DNA of 64,000 nt. Origin: Candidatus Falkowbacteria bacterium RIFOXYA2_FULL_47_19 (GTDB lineage Bacteria > Patescibacteriota > Patescibacteriia > Patescibacteriales > UBA12075). The notes under the pieces are model-generated. The model was not told where the DNA came from, searched no databases, and was given only the letters and a program-made list of their open reading frames with translations. The position numbers and the translations under genes are program-made. Location: assembly GCA_001780275.1 (NCBI GenBank), contig MFGB01000013.1, positions 10,693 to 74,692 of the forward strand, read 5' to 3'. Each line of letters opens with the position of its first letter. Position 1 is the stretch's first letter. Positions 28,301 through 35,845 of this stretch are shown one piece after another.

Positions 28301-31300
28301 GTACCGAAGGCACGGTCCAGTCCTTTTATGAATCTACGCTCGTTATAACGGTTCCGGACAATCCGGATTATTCTTCGGGCTATAAATGGCAGGTTATGGC
28401 CTGCGACGACGATCTGGACTGTTCCGCCTGGGAACAATTCAATGTAACCACTCCGAATTTCAAGATCGATACGACCGATCCGTCTTCTCCGGGGCAATTA
28501 ATCGAAGCCTCGAAGACTTCCAATAGTGTAACGTTAAATTTCGGCGCGGCTACGGACGAAGATAATTTTACCGAATACCGGATATTTTATTCCACTTCTT
28601 CGCCGGTTACGGAAGCGGATTACGAGCATAACGACACGGATCTCGATTTTAAAAACTATAACGGCACCTCCGGCGTAACGATCTCGAGCTTAAATCCGAG
28701 CACTACCTATTATTTCAATATTTGGGCTTACGATATCGTCGGCCATAAAGCCAGTTCGACCGTTACGACGGTAATCTTGGAAGCGGCCGTCTCGACCCCG
28801 GGCGCGATCTTTTACACGAAAAACGACCAGGCGATCTATTACCAGGTCTGGGACGGCGCCGGCTGGGGTGTTGAGCAGTCGAGCGGCAACCTGACCGCGG
28901 CCGGCGACAATATCAGGCATATCCGGACTATACGATCCGATGACGGCGGTAAGGTCGGAATTTTGTTTAAAACCTGGGACGGGACCAATCAGGAATGGTG
29001 GGGAGCGGTTTATCGGTTCGGCGCCGACGATTTCGTGAATTATGAGATTTTAGGAACGGCCGAGGCTGACGCTACTAATAACCAGATTATAACCGGCTGT
29101 TTAACTTCGCTCTCCGGCGGAGAATTCGTCGTGGTTCGGAACGATAATACTTCAGCCGGAGCGCGCGCTTTTTCCTGGAATCCGGCGGGCGGCTGGACAG
29201 ACGAAGGCGTTATTCCGGGCACGACCGGTTCGGGCAAGATGGACGTCATGAACGGATGCGAGTTTGTCCGGCGGCCCGGCACCGATAACTACCTTCTTAT
29301 GACCTTCGATAACCTGGCGGATGTAGGCAGTATGTATTATTATGGCGGCGCAACTTTCGATAATTCGAGCGGCGCCTGGACCGCCTGGGTCGAACACTCG
29401 GATGTCGAGGAGGATACGGCAAATTACGTCGGGCAAGCTTACTTTGATCCGTCTGATAATACCCGGGGCGCGCTCTATTATTCGGATAGCAATTCCGTTT
29501 TTTACGCTCTGGCAAAATATTTCAGCGTAACCGATACTACGATAAATTACGGCGGCGCAGTTTTAAGTCCCACGACGGGAACGGAGGACTGGAACGACGA
29601 TTTCGTGCACGGCGAATTCGCGGTCAATCCCGGTTCGACAGGCATAGCTTATTTTATCGGCCGCGACATTACAGAAGAGCTGAACGTTTATAAAGTCGAC
29701 TCTTCCAATCCGACGATCGCCTGGGCGACCAGCACGAACGGCGATAATATATCCGGCGGCAATCTTTTCGATGACGGCAACTATTCCCAAAAACCGTTCG
29801 CGATAAATTTTTACAAGAACGACAAAGGCGTCGCGGCCGGAGTTTATAATACGAGCCCGACGGCGCCCTTCTATAGCGTCATTAACGCGAGTACCAACGT
29901 TTTGAGCTCCGTATCCTCGATCGAAGGCGCTACAAACGACCTTTGGACCCGGATTCGGTTTTACGACGACCCGAACGAGGATGAGTTCCTGGCTGTCATC
30001 CAGAACAACAACGTCGATTATGCCGCCGTTTTCTGGGACAGCGGCAATGAGCGATTCTATAATTCCGGTTCCCAGGCCTGGGGCGTGCGCGCGGCCGGAA
30101 CCGGCGCCGCCAGCTCCAATTTCGAATGCACTTCTTATGCCTACACAAAATATAATTCCGGACCGAACCAACCGACCGGTCTTTATCAGGCGACTTCGAC
30201 CTTCCCGGCCGCCAACCAGTCCTGGATGGCGACATCAACGATTAAATTCACGGCCTCGGCCGCCGATTACGACACGAGCGAAATCATTACCTTGTATTTG
30301 CAGCTCGTTCCGACTAACGATACTTTCACAACCTCTACCGACGAATCGACCTTCAACGCCTGCGCGATCGGCACATCCTGGACCGCCTGCAATTCCAAGA
30401 TCTGGACGATGGAGACGAGCGGCGCGGGCGATTACAGCTACACGCCTTATACCGCCACGGCCACGATAAGTTCGATCGCCTCCTCCACGACCGGCTATAA
30501 ATGGCAGGTGATCGCCTGTGATGACGAGAGCGAATGTTCGATCTGGAAAGCCTATAACGCGACCACGCCGAATTTTTACGTCGATACCGAGGCTCCGTCC
30601 GCGCCCGGAGCCTTAAATCCGACGGCCAGGACAAGCTCTTCCGTAACCCTTAATTTCGGCGCGCAAACGGACGAACCGGCCGTAAGTTTCTCCCGCTACC
30701 GGATATTTTACGCGACCTCGACGCCGGTTTTCGAGATTTACGAATGGACCGACACTGACCTTAATTTCCGCAATTACAACGGCACGACCAATACGGTCGT
30801 AACCGGCCTGGCTTCGAATACGCTTTATTATTTCAATATCTGGGCTTACGACAAAGCCGGAAACTCGGCCAGCTCGACCATAGTTGCAACCACGACCAGT
30901 ATGAACGCCAATCTCGTCCAGACCTCATTTATCCTCGAAAACGACGATGGGTCAACGGTAAACAATAATACGGCCGAAGTCGCTGCTTCAACTACCCTGA
31001 CCGGCCTTAATATCGGCGAACGCCTGAACGCGCGCATCCAGGTCGAGAATAACGGCGGCGATATTTCTTCCGGCAAAACCTATAAGCTCCAGTTCGAAAA
31101 TTATTCCGGCAATCCCGGCGTCTGGAACGACGTGGGCGCGGCCACATCCGTGAGTTTCGCTTTCGGTCTGTCCGGCGCCAACGGCGATGCGGTCGTGCCG
31201 GATAAAGCCTCGCCGAACGGCCTGACGCCGAAATACGGCACCTGGCACGAGAATACGAACACGACCGCCGCCTTTACCTTAAGTAACGGCGAATATACGG

Positions 31301-34017
31301 AATTCGTCTTCGCGGTTCATGTCGGCTACGCGGCCACGAGCACGACTTACCGCCTGCGGCTTTATAACGCGACCGATAATAAGCCGCTCGACAGCTATAA
31401 TAATTATCCGATGTTTTCGACCGTAACCACGGAAACCAAACGTTATTCTAAGGGCTTCTACGCGAGTCTGCCCGCAACGGCCGCTGATCTCACTTATTTC
31501 CTTGATCCGGAAGGCTACGCCGACGTCCTAACGGACGATTCTAATTATGATCCGGCCACTTCCACGGCCCAGTATCCGATCTTCCTATTCGCGACTAAAC
31601 ATACGAATAACACGAATGCGGCCTCAAGTACCTGGAACGGCCAGTCGTCCGTGGCGCCGTCAGGGAGTAACGTCGTGCTACAGGTTTTCCGGGTAAGTAC
31701 CGCCGCCTGGGTAACCGTGGATACTGAAACAGCAGCTGGCGCCAATACTGACTTCACTCTGACCGGAGCGGTAAATTCCTCCGTGTCCGATTATTATGCG
31801 GCCGGCGACTGGATCTATTGGCGCGTGTATCAGGTCTCGGGAAGCGAATCGCTCCGGACCGATCGTTACGTTGCCAATTTCGCTCCGCCCGCCGCTGATA
31901 CGGCCCAGATCCATTACCGTTGGCGCCAGGATGACGGCTCCGAGACGACCGCCACCTGGCTCGAAGCCGAAGATACCGGCAGCGCGACTTTAGGGCCGCA
32001 GCTCGGCCGGGGCAGTTCCACCCGTATCCGTATCGCGGTTACCAATACCGGCGGGGGCACTGCTACCGATTATTATTACAGATTAGAATATGCTTCTTCG
32101 ACCGACGGCTGCGCTACCGACCCGGCCTACTGGGCCGCGGTGCCGATCGCGGCCGGGAGCGACCATTTCGAAATGGCTCCGAGCGGCAATTTTTCTAATA
32201 ATTTTCCTACCACTGCGCAAACTGCCAATACTGAAGGTTATACTTTTATAGCCGGAGAAATGATTAAAGATCCGCTTGCCCTTACTGGAGAGATAGATTT
32301 ATCCGAAAACCAATATACCGAACTCGAATACATGATCCAGGTAACCAATAACGCGCCGGACGCGGCTACGTATTGCTTTCGGGTAACGAATAACGGCGCC
32401 GTACTTAATTCTTATGATATCTATCCGATAGTGACTTTATCCGGCAATACCAATAACGCCCCTCATTTCACGACCGATCCGGCCGACGGCGGTTCAAGCG
32501 CGGCCGACCCGACCGATTACGGCGATAATGTCGATTTTACCGCGGTTGCGGCCGATGACGACGGCGACAGCTATTACTTAGCGGTCTGCCGGACCGCGGC
32601 CGTTTCCCCGGGCCTTGACGGAGCGCCGAGCTGCCCCGGCGGAGCCTGGTGCGTCTCCGGCCAGACGGCGAGCAACGGGAACGCCTCCTGCAGCTATACG
32701 ACCGCCACTACGACCGAAACGAACGCCTGGTACGCTTATGCCTGCGATAAAGTCCCGGGCTTCGGTATTGCCCGATGTTCGGCCGTATCCCAGGGCTCGG
32801 GAGATCCGGATGAAGATTCGCCCTTCATAATAAATAATCCGCCGGTATTCACCTCGGTCGTTACGACCGTAAATAACCAGGATCCGGGCGGGACTTTTTG
32901 GATAACCGCTTACGCGACCGATACGGACACGGCCGGCTCCGCCGATACTTTAAGGCTCCGCGTCTGCACGACCAATAACGGCGCTTTCGGCGGCTGTATC
33001 GACGGCGCTTACTGCTCGGAACTGGCTTCGAGTTCGCCGAATACTTCCTGCTCGTTCGCAACCTCTACTCCTGCGCCCGCCGGCAACTGGAATTATTACG
33101 CTTTCGTTTATGACAGCCACGGTCTGGCCGCCGCCGCCAATTCCCGTTCGGGTACCTACACGGTCAATAATACCGCTCCGACTATCGGCACTTTTTATCT
33201 TAACGACGGAGACGATATCCAGCTGAATTTAAAGGATGACGCCGATACCGTTATTTCGACCATCGGCGGGAGCATCCAGGATTTGAATGGCTGTACCGAC
33301 CTGGATAGCGTGATCGGAACCATCTATATGTCCGAAGAGGAAAATACCTGCGATGACGACCCGAATAATTGCTATCAGATTCCCTATAATACCGGCATGA
33401 CGACCACCTGCACGATCGCCTGCGACCCGACCGATCTGACCCGGGCTTCTACCACCTGCACGGCTGAATTTAAATATTTCGCGGTTCCGACCGATGATGT
33501 TTACGAGTCTAATCCCTGGAAGGATTATAATTGGCTTTCTTATATTCTATTGAACGATGGCGTCAATCTGGCGGCCTCCACCTCCCAGGGAGTGGAGCTC
33601 GGCACGAATTTAGCCTTAGACGTGGTCGAAAGTACGATCGATTTTGGTACTTGGGGCGCCGGTCAGAATACCGGCATGAATAATTCCACCACTACCGTGG
33701 AGAACGCCGGTAATTCTCCGATTGACGTTGAGGTTTACGGCACGACCATGTTCTCGAATCCGCCGGCCGGCTACGATATCGCCGTGAACCAGATAAAATT
33801 CAATAATGTAAACTTCAATTATGTGTTTGAAACAAACACCCTGGATACCGTCGCTAACCCTAAACCCATAGAGCTATTCGCCCCCCGGGCCACGACCACC
33901 GCCGGTTCTATGGACGACGTTTATTGGGGCATCGGCATTCCGTTTTTGGCCGTGCCGGCGAATTATATAGGCGAGAATACTTTTACCGTGTGGATTGACG
34001 AGGATGATTGGAATTAG
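16327..34017 (+). CDS. Giant modular cell-surface protein (~5,900 aa)
   Basis: An uninterrupted ORF runs 16279-34017 (TTG 16279, ATGs at 16312/16315/16327); the start is taken at MQKLRGYF... followed by a signal-anchor helix. Domains seen are an acidic low-complexity region, 2 x DUF2341-like (WLYRKKITINA...YIYYGN) plus LamG-like units, 5 x FN3, 4 x GYKWQV[LMI]ACDD Cys-pair modules, 3 x RWRQDDG-type beta domains, a glycine-rich domain and a C-terminal Ig-like triple module. Confidence 0.9.
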   Translation: MQKLRGYFSNLFVKLGLLILFLLAVFGYTQGRFIFVQAVADELNIYPGNYAAEGGENEFTWQNTDNTFTQDLGSNAQFGEFNIDNSAFISLRTFEEIAPASAEATAGKNNDGGEESAETDGEDGADTSETDEGSGDETVGESAPDETPDDEVGDSDNTDATSEEESGTVEVIDLSEIPADTLITNYEGGETSNNNGGGNETPPAESASESASEPAPEVPAAESTPTGDSGGETSRIWNRIKSLAVYLDFFRSKLVWAQESLENFIEGSEEEAGSVPLATDNNFIAELDFIKQSLIFSDFFVPAEYHDNDIKDLKLRVSLAARSDFIDDYIRLEYRTENGWRLLGEINALSDVSNSLNSDYFAFSLPATVGWDEIKDLSVRVSYINTNPPEARAGKTLEIYLDALWIEIGQENAISDEELELNPDEEDASTTEEELPEILPADLRDDFELITLTPKNDFKNNEKPQFKFRFKKKRNLLEGLGAGFLDVFRDEYKDISIRAEAVNGRGQTESEIELTVNYLSDGEFAVNIIKQSRQFKPGKFNIKISIASDSLTVGRTVDFSQDFTWGVLALNTNKSIYESGENAYLQIAVLDDLGDTLCAVDFIELEIKAPDGGIAYLRDTNDLIISNPECGPNNVITSPDFYAYYGVGPLGAYEMTLRVQTENGEREITDVFEVRAPDEAIFSVERIGPTRIYPKADYDMGFRIIPQADFRGNFVEVVPANFKITEQKRNGALIPILVRDKTNAQTGEMEQEIIWKVDWRAGREYVLSYTFDAPNISPEFFLLGPARLYGKIAIWDETGVREELTDFTEIRQWQIASDALSIIYTKQTAGVEIDGTDYDIINSITGFSESEYVLFGGVGNITADGGTTRIETSLATADGSGLLTETDEENEGPNADDRWAYFAMTKRIMSSSDTIYLHGYDYTGSGEADESFLMGMDMSTMGTESIDYFWDNDAVVDGTILTTIAGENNRASITFTPDGVSQYLIIASARIDAQVESEIGEMAIWNGSASIVNHIRDNEDTADEPLLFAATTTIPAAVSTTYSVRVRGETNNSIDYLSSSILVIRLNYYENFSCDAKANAGNVGTSPTIMASTDLQLSEAGDVTVLYFGGFSSPAQDSEVSFRARQDASIRFQLTEGDTGNEPGRNAVWDTGDVHNLLWLDNISGVNTNSHAYDLAMEASAVGPTAPWAMVCAWSEAEYVPPPDVNVSATGTQVSTIDINSQDNYVGGKFVLTNSSSTAITVNSINIVELGTVNASTSLENIRLYYDLDTTLPYDCTSTSYDLSDLQFGATSTAFSDTNGTSTFSGSVNISATSSMCVYVVLDVNSNADKDETLEVEINNPSTDVGLSAGARVGPVTSVELSGTTVLYAPDVMATAYEQRKSDNFTDIANQGWTNENQVNLYALAQAMGGATTTYYDFYFELLDESGTYTTATSAPGSPCLENVIYDNCANKVWLASSTLPGWYNGSWLYRKKITINAAQVVANETGFPVMATTTDSDFAHTSFGGKMASSSAADIVITDSDGLTVLNYEREYYAPATGQIALWIKTDISSTTNKELYIYYGNAGISADQSTTTGVWDDNYMGVWHMNNNPAGTAPQLRDSTKNAHHATANGAWNIGDLVSTPMGQGIDSPGVNNQEFQIANSGNWLNGLTNMSVEIWLDSNVINADMGIITCDEASEDSSYVMMRYDTSGWAGGGDDVIKVINQYESASYVQSANRQYLGYSWTASHDIDFYVNGSIDTPTSDGGSSFTSISGCNTFLIGDGGNVPSGNWNGIIDEFRISSTTRSAARFRTQNNNYGNVNNFLTFGNEESSSQIITEGVVNLTAIPDRGSSTDPTKGYKWQVLACDDKGSCSNWDAFNSTLPNFKVDTAAPDAPGSLTLATSTATSITVEFHNETTEPNFAYYKIFYKAGFSGVDTDDTEHDDPDLDHIDYNNTSTTTITGLIPETQYVINIWAYDLAGNKTGATEITVTTPSAPHARARSVLFHAGDYSGDGSTGQDTNTDQVFDTFNFELAETGAEIKNAYILFETHFEAYNTTAGDYSGYNLSFDACSEPCTADAGSGSGRILVDSNSVLSYDETAGKQARLLADVTEEVQLSAYTGSGADMEAQIGYRLETDVTGPSIAYARAVLVVTYSYDDDNSTNLTNTVIYPLESTASGDQGSKLAVQADDCTKSPLPSSNCALFDYNMVIPEVSAKLSQWFELYGVNDGHGASDVAINANIEGSNVDSDTYYHESVLAGTQGNFPRVIIDNVTGYSENIAQVFEYALTSPGGGQYYALGGEVIETYTAPRSAGTKTRTVSFPIGLVFDNRGSMSASAQVYFPENGSGSGVVDIKKAWFRLIGDNYNTGAYGLAVSSKVGNNSVTATSTYALNAGATVIRPSYNIVHVIPSADYSELEAANATAPKEVTVNATTTAVSSPDMGAVSAELMITYTYTGETSGYLTSLNLFGGQSDQHGASQADTETAADAVFPELRGEETLRAAALLGSFSLSASDGTMPGTWFYMDANIATGTPACSTSTGYMARDDAVNGYAEFYQDVFSAMSTDDDESYSVCYANDNAADTNAGARMNAVWLYTYQWDAPPPAFTQSDWRWYNNADSIAPGTARAAEKTSITGVNIGEAIRLRVNIGITSEDLAAMTSAFKLQYGKASDCASLGESDWTDLGGVAGSEAWRGYNNPDPGDGTTLSAAVLSSSDVAESYEESNNSASNPRAIDIGEYGEWDWVVYNNAASSSADYCFRMVESDGTVLNDYLSDSYPKLTTAPANTAAASASNLAQYRNNGTTAIANNSWVNENTVKLRAAATDPNISERIALYYEIASSSSGSFTTATTSPASWCYAGTAWGSCPSRIWAATSSLGDYRTSPFTATATIPGLPESSEGYKWQVLACDDDGACADTWTKYNLTIPNFKIDTVAPTPPGNLTFASSTATMISLTFGASTTEANFDRYRIYYRAGVAGVTESDSQHTDNAALLFKNYGGYGTTTVFNLSAGTNYVFNIWAYDLAGNKATATIEATGATDPSFTPPLGYFTIGGSAERTNGSGVVDITIQVDDPDNDDTVRAKIMYKSGAVCSSGMFSEGYSDPTLDATDANISATYGDPDIDNAYPYQVGTTSSFILTSGAGDNFVLFDWLSMTDLAGVEGDYCLGLVVNDGMYDQLATNTIAVEIDNKLPAVPGYLRLESKHYDSIELRFGTTSADTHFTEYKVFYKEGTAGVTEADTVFDKTDDPDLDDVNFGGTSTTTITGLNPNTTYVFNILAYDSYGNKATATTELTVKTNARPTNISADGQYLDDGVTPIVNGSWIDENNVIFRASAHDQDAADLVTFYYQLITATGTYLSSLTPPGNTCVYGTTFLACDSKVWAVSTSTSDLPADWYDSNWLYRKKITINASQVPANASDFPILATTTDANLAGKARSDGYDIIFTAADGTTPLDYEREYYNGATGQLAVWIETDLSSTTDTELYMYYGNSGANIDPATTTGVWDSSYRGVWHLEENVVDEGSSADAHEDSCSYANNADQYGNNEYSSWIYRGQDFDGLNDYISVPDHSSLDLSDALSVEFWIEGAASEQTATKTVYSAAGNDTFTVPPGVTAVTLKSWGAGGGGGGGSATGGVPNTRNGGGPGGGGAFVQGTLSVEPGQILDITVGGGGTAGTLVTTSGQGGGGGGRSSVYRSGTPLVIAAAGGGGGGGTNDEAAQGETGGAGGAIQGEDGGDTNGSVGGGGGTQSAGGTAGTGTNTGTAGGSLTGGAGADGRNNQGADGSGPAGGFGGGAAGGQGDAAGTYPAGGGGGAGYYGGGGGGEAAGSLNGGAGGGGGSSFVSASVTATTTTGGSGYTPANTGDSDYESNTGAGGDGGAAGGSGANGGSGLVVVSYTPAVTIVGKGNDAYQISLDGDMNIFAQINSQPVSTQIVPGWHHIVMTYDRSAGGTDELKLYVDGVLRDTADFSSVVNTNNSVVKIGELFDGLVDELRISGIARSSGWIQTAYNNQRGVANFLSFGTEGTVQSFYESTLVITVPDNPDYSSGYKWQVMACDDDLDCSAWEQFNVTTPNFKIDTTDPSSPGQLIEASKTSNSVTLNFGAATDEDNFTEYRIFYSTSSPVTEADYEHNDTDLDFKNYNGTSGVTISSLNPSTTYYFNIWAYDIVGHKASSTVTTVILEAAVSTPGAIFYTKNDQAIYYQVWDGAGWGVEQSSGNLTAAGDNIRHIRTIRSDDGGKVGILFKTWDGTNQEWWGAVYRFGADDFVNYEILGTAEADATNNQIITGCLTSLSGGEFVVVRNDNTSAGARAFSWNPAGGWTDEGVIPGTTGSGKMDVMNGCEFVRRPGTDNYLLMTFDNLADVGSMYYYGGATFDNSSGAWTAWVEHSDVEEDTANYVGQAYFDPSDNTRGALYYSDSNSVFYALAKYFSVTDTTINYGGAVLSPTTGTEDWNDDFVHGEFAVNPGSTGIAYFIGRDITEELNVYKVDSSNPTIAWATSTNGDNISGGNLFDDGNYSQKPFAINFYKNDKGVAAGVYNTSPTAPFYSVINASTNVLSSVSSIEGATNDLWTRIRFYDDPNEDEFLAVIQNNNVDYAAVFWDSGNERFYNSGSQAWGVRAAGTGAASSNFECTSYAYTKYNSGPNQPTGLYQATSTFPAANQSWMATSTIKFTASAADYDTSEIITLYLQLVPTNDTFTTSTDESTFNACAIGTSWTACNSKIWTMETSGAGDYSYTPYTATATISSIASSTTGYKWQVIACDDESECSIWKAYNATTPNFYVDTEAPSAPGALNPTARTSSSVTLNFGAQTDEPAVSFSRYRIFYATSTPVFEIYEWTDTDLNFRNYNGTTNTVVTGLASNTLYYFNIWAYDKAGNSASSTIVATTTSMNANLVQTSFILENDDGSTVNNNTAEVAASTTLTGLNIGERLNARIQVENNGGDISSGKTYKLQFENYSGNPGVWNDVGAATSVSFAFGLSGANGDAVVPDKASPNGLTPKYGTWHENTNTTAAFTLSNGEYTEFVFAVHVGYAATSTTYRLRLYNATDNKPLDSYNNYPMFSTVTTETKRYSKGFYASLPATAADLTYFLDPEGYADVLTDDSNYDPATSTAQYPIFLFATKHTNNTNAASSTWNGQSSVAPSGSNVVLQVFRVSTAAWVTVDTETAAGANTDFTLTGAVNSSVSDYYAAGDWIYWRVYQVSGSESLRTDRYVANFAPPAADTAQIHYRWRQDDGSETTATWLEAEDTGSATLGPQLGRGSSTRIRIAVTNTGGGTATDYYYRLEYASSTDGCATDPAYWAAVPIAAGSDHFEMAPSGNFSNNFPTTAQTANTEGYTFIAGEMIKDPLALTGEIDLSENQYTELEYMIQVTNNAPDAATYCFRVTNNGAVLNSYDIYPIVTLSGNTNNAPHFTTDPADGGSSAADPTDYGDNVDFTAVAADDDGDSYYLAVCRTAAVSPGLDGAPSCPGGAWCVSGQTASNGNASCSYTTATTTETNAWYAYACDKVPGFGIARCSAVSQGSGDPDEDSPFIINNPPVFTSVVTTVNNQDPGGTFWITAYATDTDTAGSADTLRLRVCTTNNGAFGGCIDGAYCSELASSSPNTSCSFATSTPAPAGNWNYYAFVYDSHGLAAAANSRSGTYTVNNTAPTIGTFYLNDGDDIQLNLKDDADTVISTIGGSIQDLNGCTDLDSVIGTIYMSEEENTCDDDPNNCYQIPYNTGMTTTCTIACDPTDLTRASTTCTAEFKYFAVPTDDVYESNPWKDYNWLSYILLNDGVNLAASTSQGVELGTNLALDVVESTIDFGTWGAGQNTGMNNSTTTVENAGNSPIDVEVYGTTMFSNPPAGYDIAVNQIKFNNVNFNYVFETNTLDTVANPKPIELFAPRATTTAGSMDDVYWGIGIPFLAVPANYIGENTFTVWIDEDDWN
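19927..19935 (+). repeat. C9 homopolymer inside the giant ORF
   Basis: gtg ccc ccc ccc gac encodes VPPPD and is codon-aligned. Losing one C gives a TAA 17 codons downstream. Gaining one C gives cga cgt TAA immediately. Confidence 0.95.
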
Positions 34018-34074
34018 CTTTGGCGTTAGGGCGTTAGGCTTTAGGCAATAGGGGTTAAGGCTTTAGGATTTTGG
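34017..34074. repeat. Direct low-complexity TTAGG/TTAGGG word repeat
   Basis: gctttggcgttagggcgttaggctttaggcaataggggttaaggctttaggattttgg lies directly after the giant gene's stop. Confidence 0.8.
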
Positions 34075-34103
34075 TTAATTTGATTTGGCGGAAATGGGGA
34101 GTT

Positions 34104-34114
34104 TGTGGTATAAT
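34104..34114 (+). promoter_or_regulatory. Candidate extended -10 promoter (TGTGGTATAAT)
   Basis: tgtggTATAATaat, the same string as at 39208-39221. Confidence 0.5.
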
Positions 34115-34118
34115 AATT

Positions 34119-34248
34119 CAAGACACAAGGACACAAGATACAAGCTCCAAACAAATCTCAAACTTCAATAATCAAACAATTAAATTTGTTTAGTATTTGC
34201 AAAATTGTGATTTGGAATTTGTTTGTATCCTTGTATCTTGTATCCTTG
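34119..34248. repeat. Low-complexity hairpin element, 'GATACAAG' family, copy 2 (5' leader of the 34262 gene)
   Basis: caagacacaaggacacaagatacaagctccaaacaaatctcaaa ... tttggaatttgtttgtatccttgtatcttgtatccttg. It ends 13 nt before the ATG. Confidence 0.8.
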
Positions 34249-34261
34249 ATTATTTCATAAA

Positions 34262-35845
34262 ATGTTGAAGTTAAATAAATTTTTTTACCTTAATATTCTC
34301 CTATTCTTCCTGGTCATGGCCGGCGTCTTCGGGGTCGGTTTTTTCGTGATGCATAAGACCAATGCTTTGTTCGCCGCGGAAGAAGAGACGGATTCTACGC
34401 CGCCGGCCATATATAATATTAATGTCGATAAAATAAGCGCCACTTCATCGGAAATAACCTGGGAAACCGATGAAGCGGCCGATTCTCTCGTGAATTACGG
34501 CCTGGATAAATCTTACGGCGTGGTCCGCGATCCCCGGGCCGATAAAACTGAACACGCTATTCTTCTCGATAACCTGGAGGCCGGGAAAACTTATTATTTT
34601 CGGGTAACCTCTTCCGACGCGGACGGAAACCAGAGCATATCGAACGATTTTAGTTTCCTTACCCCTAAAACAGAGAAAGAATTGATCTCCGAGGTTCCTT
34701 CCGAGAATATAATCGAAGCAGGAGAAGGGGGGTTGAAAGACTTGATTACGGAAGAGGGAGTAGGGGGATTATCACAGCGGGGAGAGGAGGTTCTATTGAA
34801 GCTTATTGAAAACATTACCAGCGAGGAAGTTTTGGAGGAAGTTAAGGAAAAAGTCGAAGAAAAAGCCGAAGACGTGCTTCTTCCGCCGACCATTATCCTG
34901 GATTACGCGGACGTGGAGGTGGGTACCGATTACGCGATTATTACCTGGGAGACCGACAAAGAGTCCAATACGATGGTAGCCCTCGCCGAAGACGATGATT
35001 ATGACTCGGTATCCGAGAATCCGTATACATGGAAAGAAGGGGAGCCGGATGAGTTCGTACTTAAGCATCGAGTCGAAGTTACCGGTTTGACGCCGGCTAC
35101 CACTTATCATTTTCAGGTTTCTTCGGAATCATCCCTGGGCCTTAAGGGCATTTCCGGCGATAAAACCTTTAAAACCAAGTCGATCCTGCCGGAAATTTAC
35201 AATATCCAGATAATTAAGATCGAAGAGGAGTCGGCGACGATCAGGTGGGTAACGAACGTTCCCTGTTCATCGATCATAGAATATACCAACCTTAATTCCG
35301 GCGACACAAAATTAGAGGGTAATTCAAGTTTTTTGACGATTCATTCCATGAAGCTGACCAACCTGGTTTTCGATACTTATTATTCCGCCGTTATCAGGGT
35401 GGAAAGCGAAGAAGGGGAAAAGGCTGAAAGCGAACCCCTGACTTTCATCACGACCAAAGACGAATACCCGCCGATAATTTCAAAGGTAAAGACAGAGTCC
35501 ACCCTTTATCCCGGGTCGGACAATAAAGTGCAGACGATCGCCAGCTGGGAAACCGATGAGCCTTCCAAATGCCAGTTGTTTTACCACCAGGGACTCGTTA
35601 CGATAGACGAGCCGAGTAGTTTACCCCTGGAAAACGATCTCGCGGCCAGGCACGTCCAGGTGGTAACTAATTTTATACCCTCGACGGTATATAAATTTTG
35701 GATAATCTGCGCGGATGAAGCGGAAAATAAGGCCAAATCCGAGGATTTTACAATGTTAACCCCGTCCCAGGAAGAAAGCATCATCGATATCATCCTGAAG
35801 AATTTCGAAAGCTCCTTCGGATGGGTTAAGAAATTGAAGATCTAG
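34262..35845 (+). CDS. Membrane-anchored protein with four FN3-like repeats
   Basis: N-terminal TM segment, then four repeats of the type PP.I.N+.+..I....A.I.W.T+E...S.V.Y...........H.V.+..L...T.Y+F.V.S (for example TYYFRVTSSDADGN and TYHFQVSSESSLG). Confidence 0.8.
   Translation: MLKLNKFFYLNILLFFLVMAGVFGVGFFVMHKTNALFAAEEETDSTPPAIYNINVDKISATSSEITWETDEAADSLVNYGLDKSYGVVRDPRADKTEHAILLDNLEAGKTYYFRVTSSDADGNQSISNDFSFLTPKTEKELISEVPSENIIEAGEGGLKDLITEEGVGGLSQRGEEVLLKLIENITSEEVLEEVKEKVEEKAEDVLLPPTIILDYADVEVGTDYAIITWETDKESNTMVALAEDDDYDSVSENPYTWKEGEPDEFVLKHRVEVTGLTPATTYHFQVSSESSLGLKGISGDKTFKTKSILPEIYNIQIIKIEEESATIRWVTNVPCSSIIEYTNLNSGDTKLEGNSSFLTIHSMKLTNLVFDTYYSAVIRVESEEGEKAESEPLTFITTKDEYPPIISKVKTESTLYPGSDNKVQTIASWETDEPSKCQLFYHQGLVTIDEPSSLPLENDLAARHVQVVTNFIPSTVYKFWIICADEAENKAKSEDFTMLTPSQEESIIDIILKNFESSFGWVKKLKI

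Noticed and set aside
16279-34017. Possibility that the 17.7-kb ORF is an assembly artefact or several genes fused.
   Set aside because: The frame stays open for 5,912 codons while all other frames are densely interrupted. The internal repeats are diverged at DNA level (so are not collapsed copies), and module order is coherent. Long-read verification is still recommended.
34017-34074. TTAGG/TTAGGG-like runs resembling telomeric repeats (also at 12057-12084).
   Set aside because: They are short, imperfect and internal, and they flank ordinary bacterial genes. They belong to the same word family as the CCTAA/TTAGG hairpin arms.
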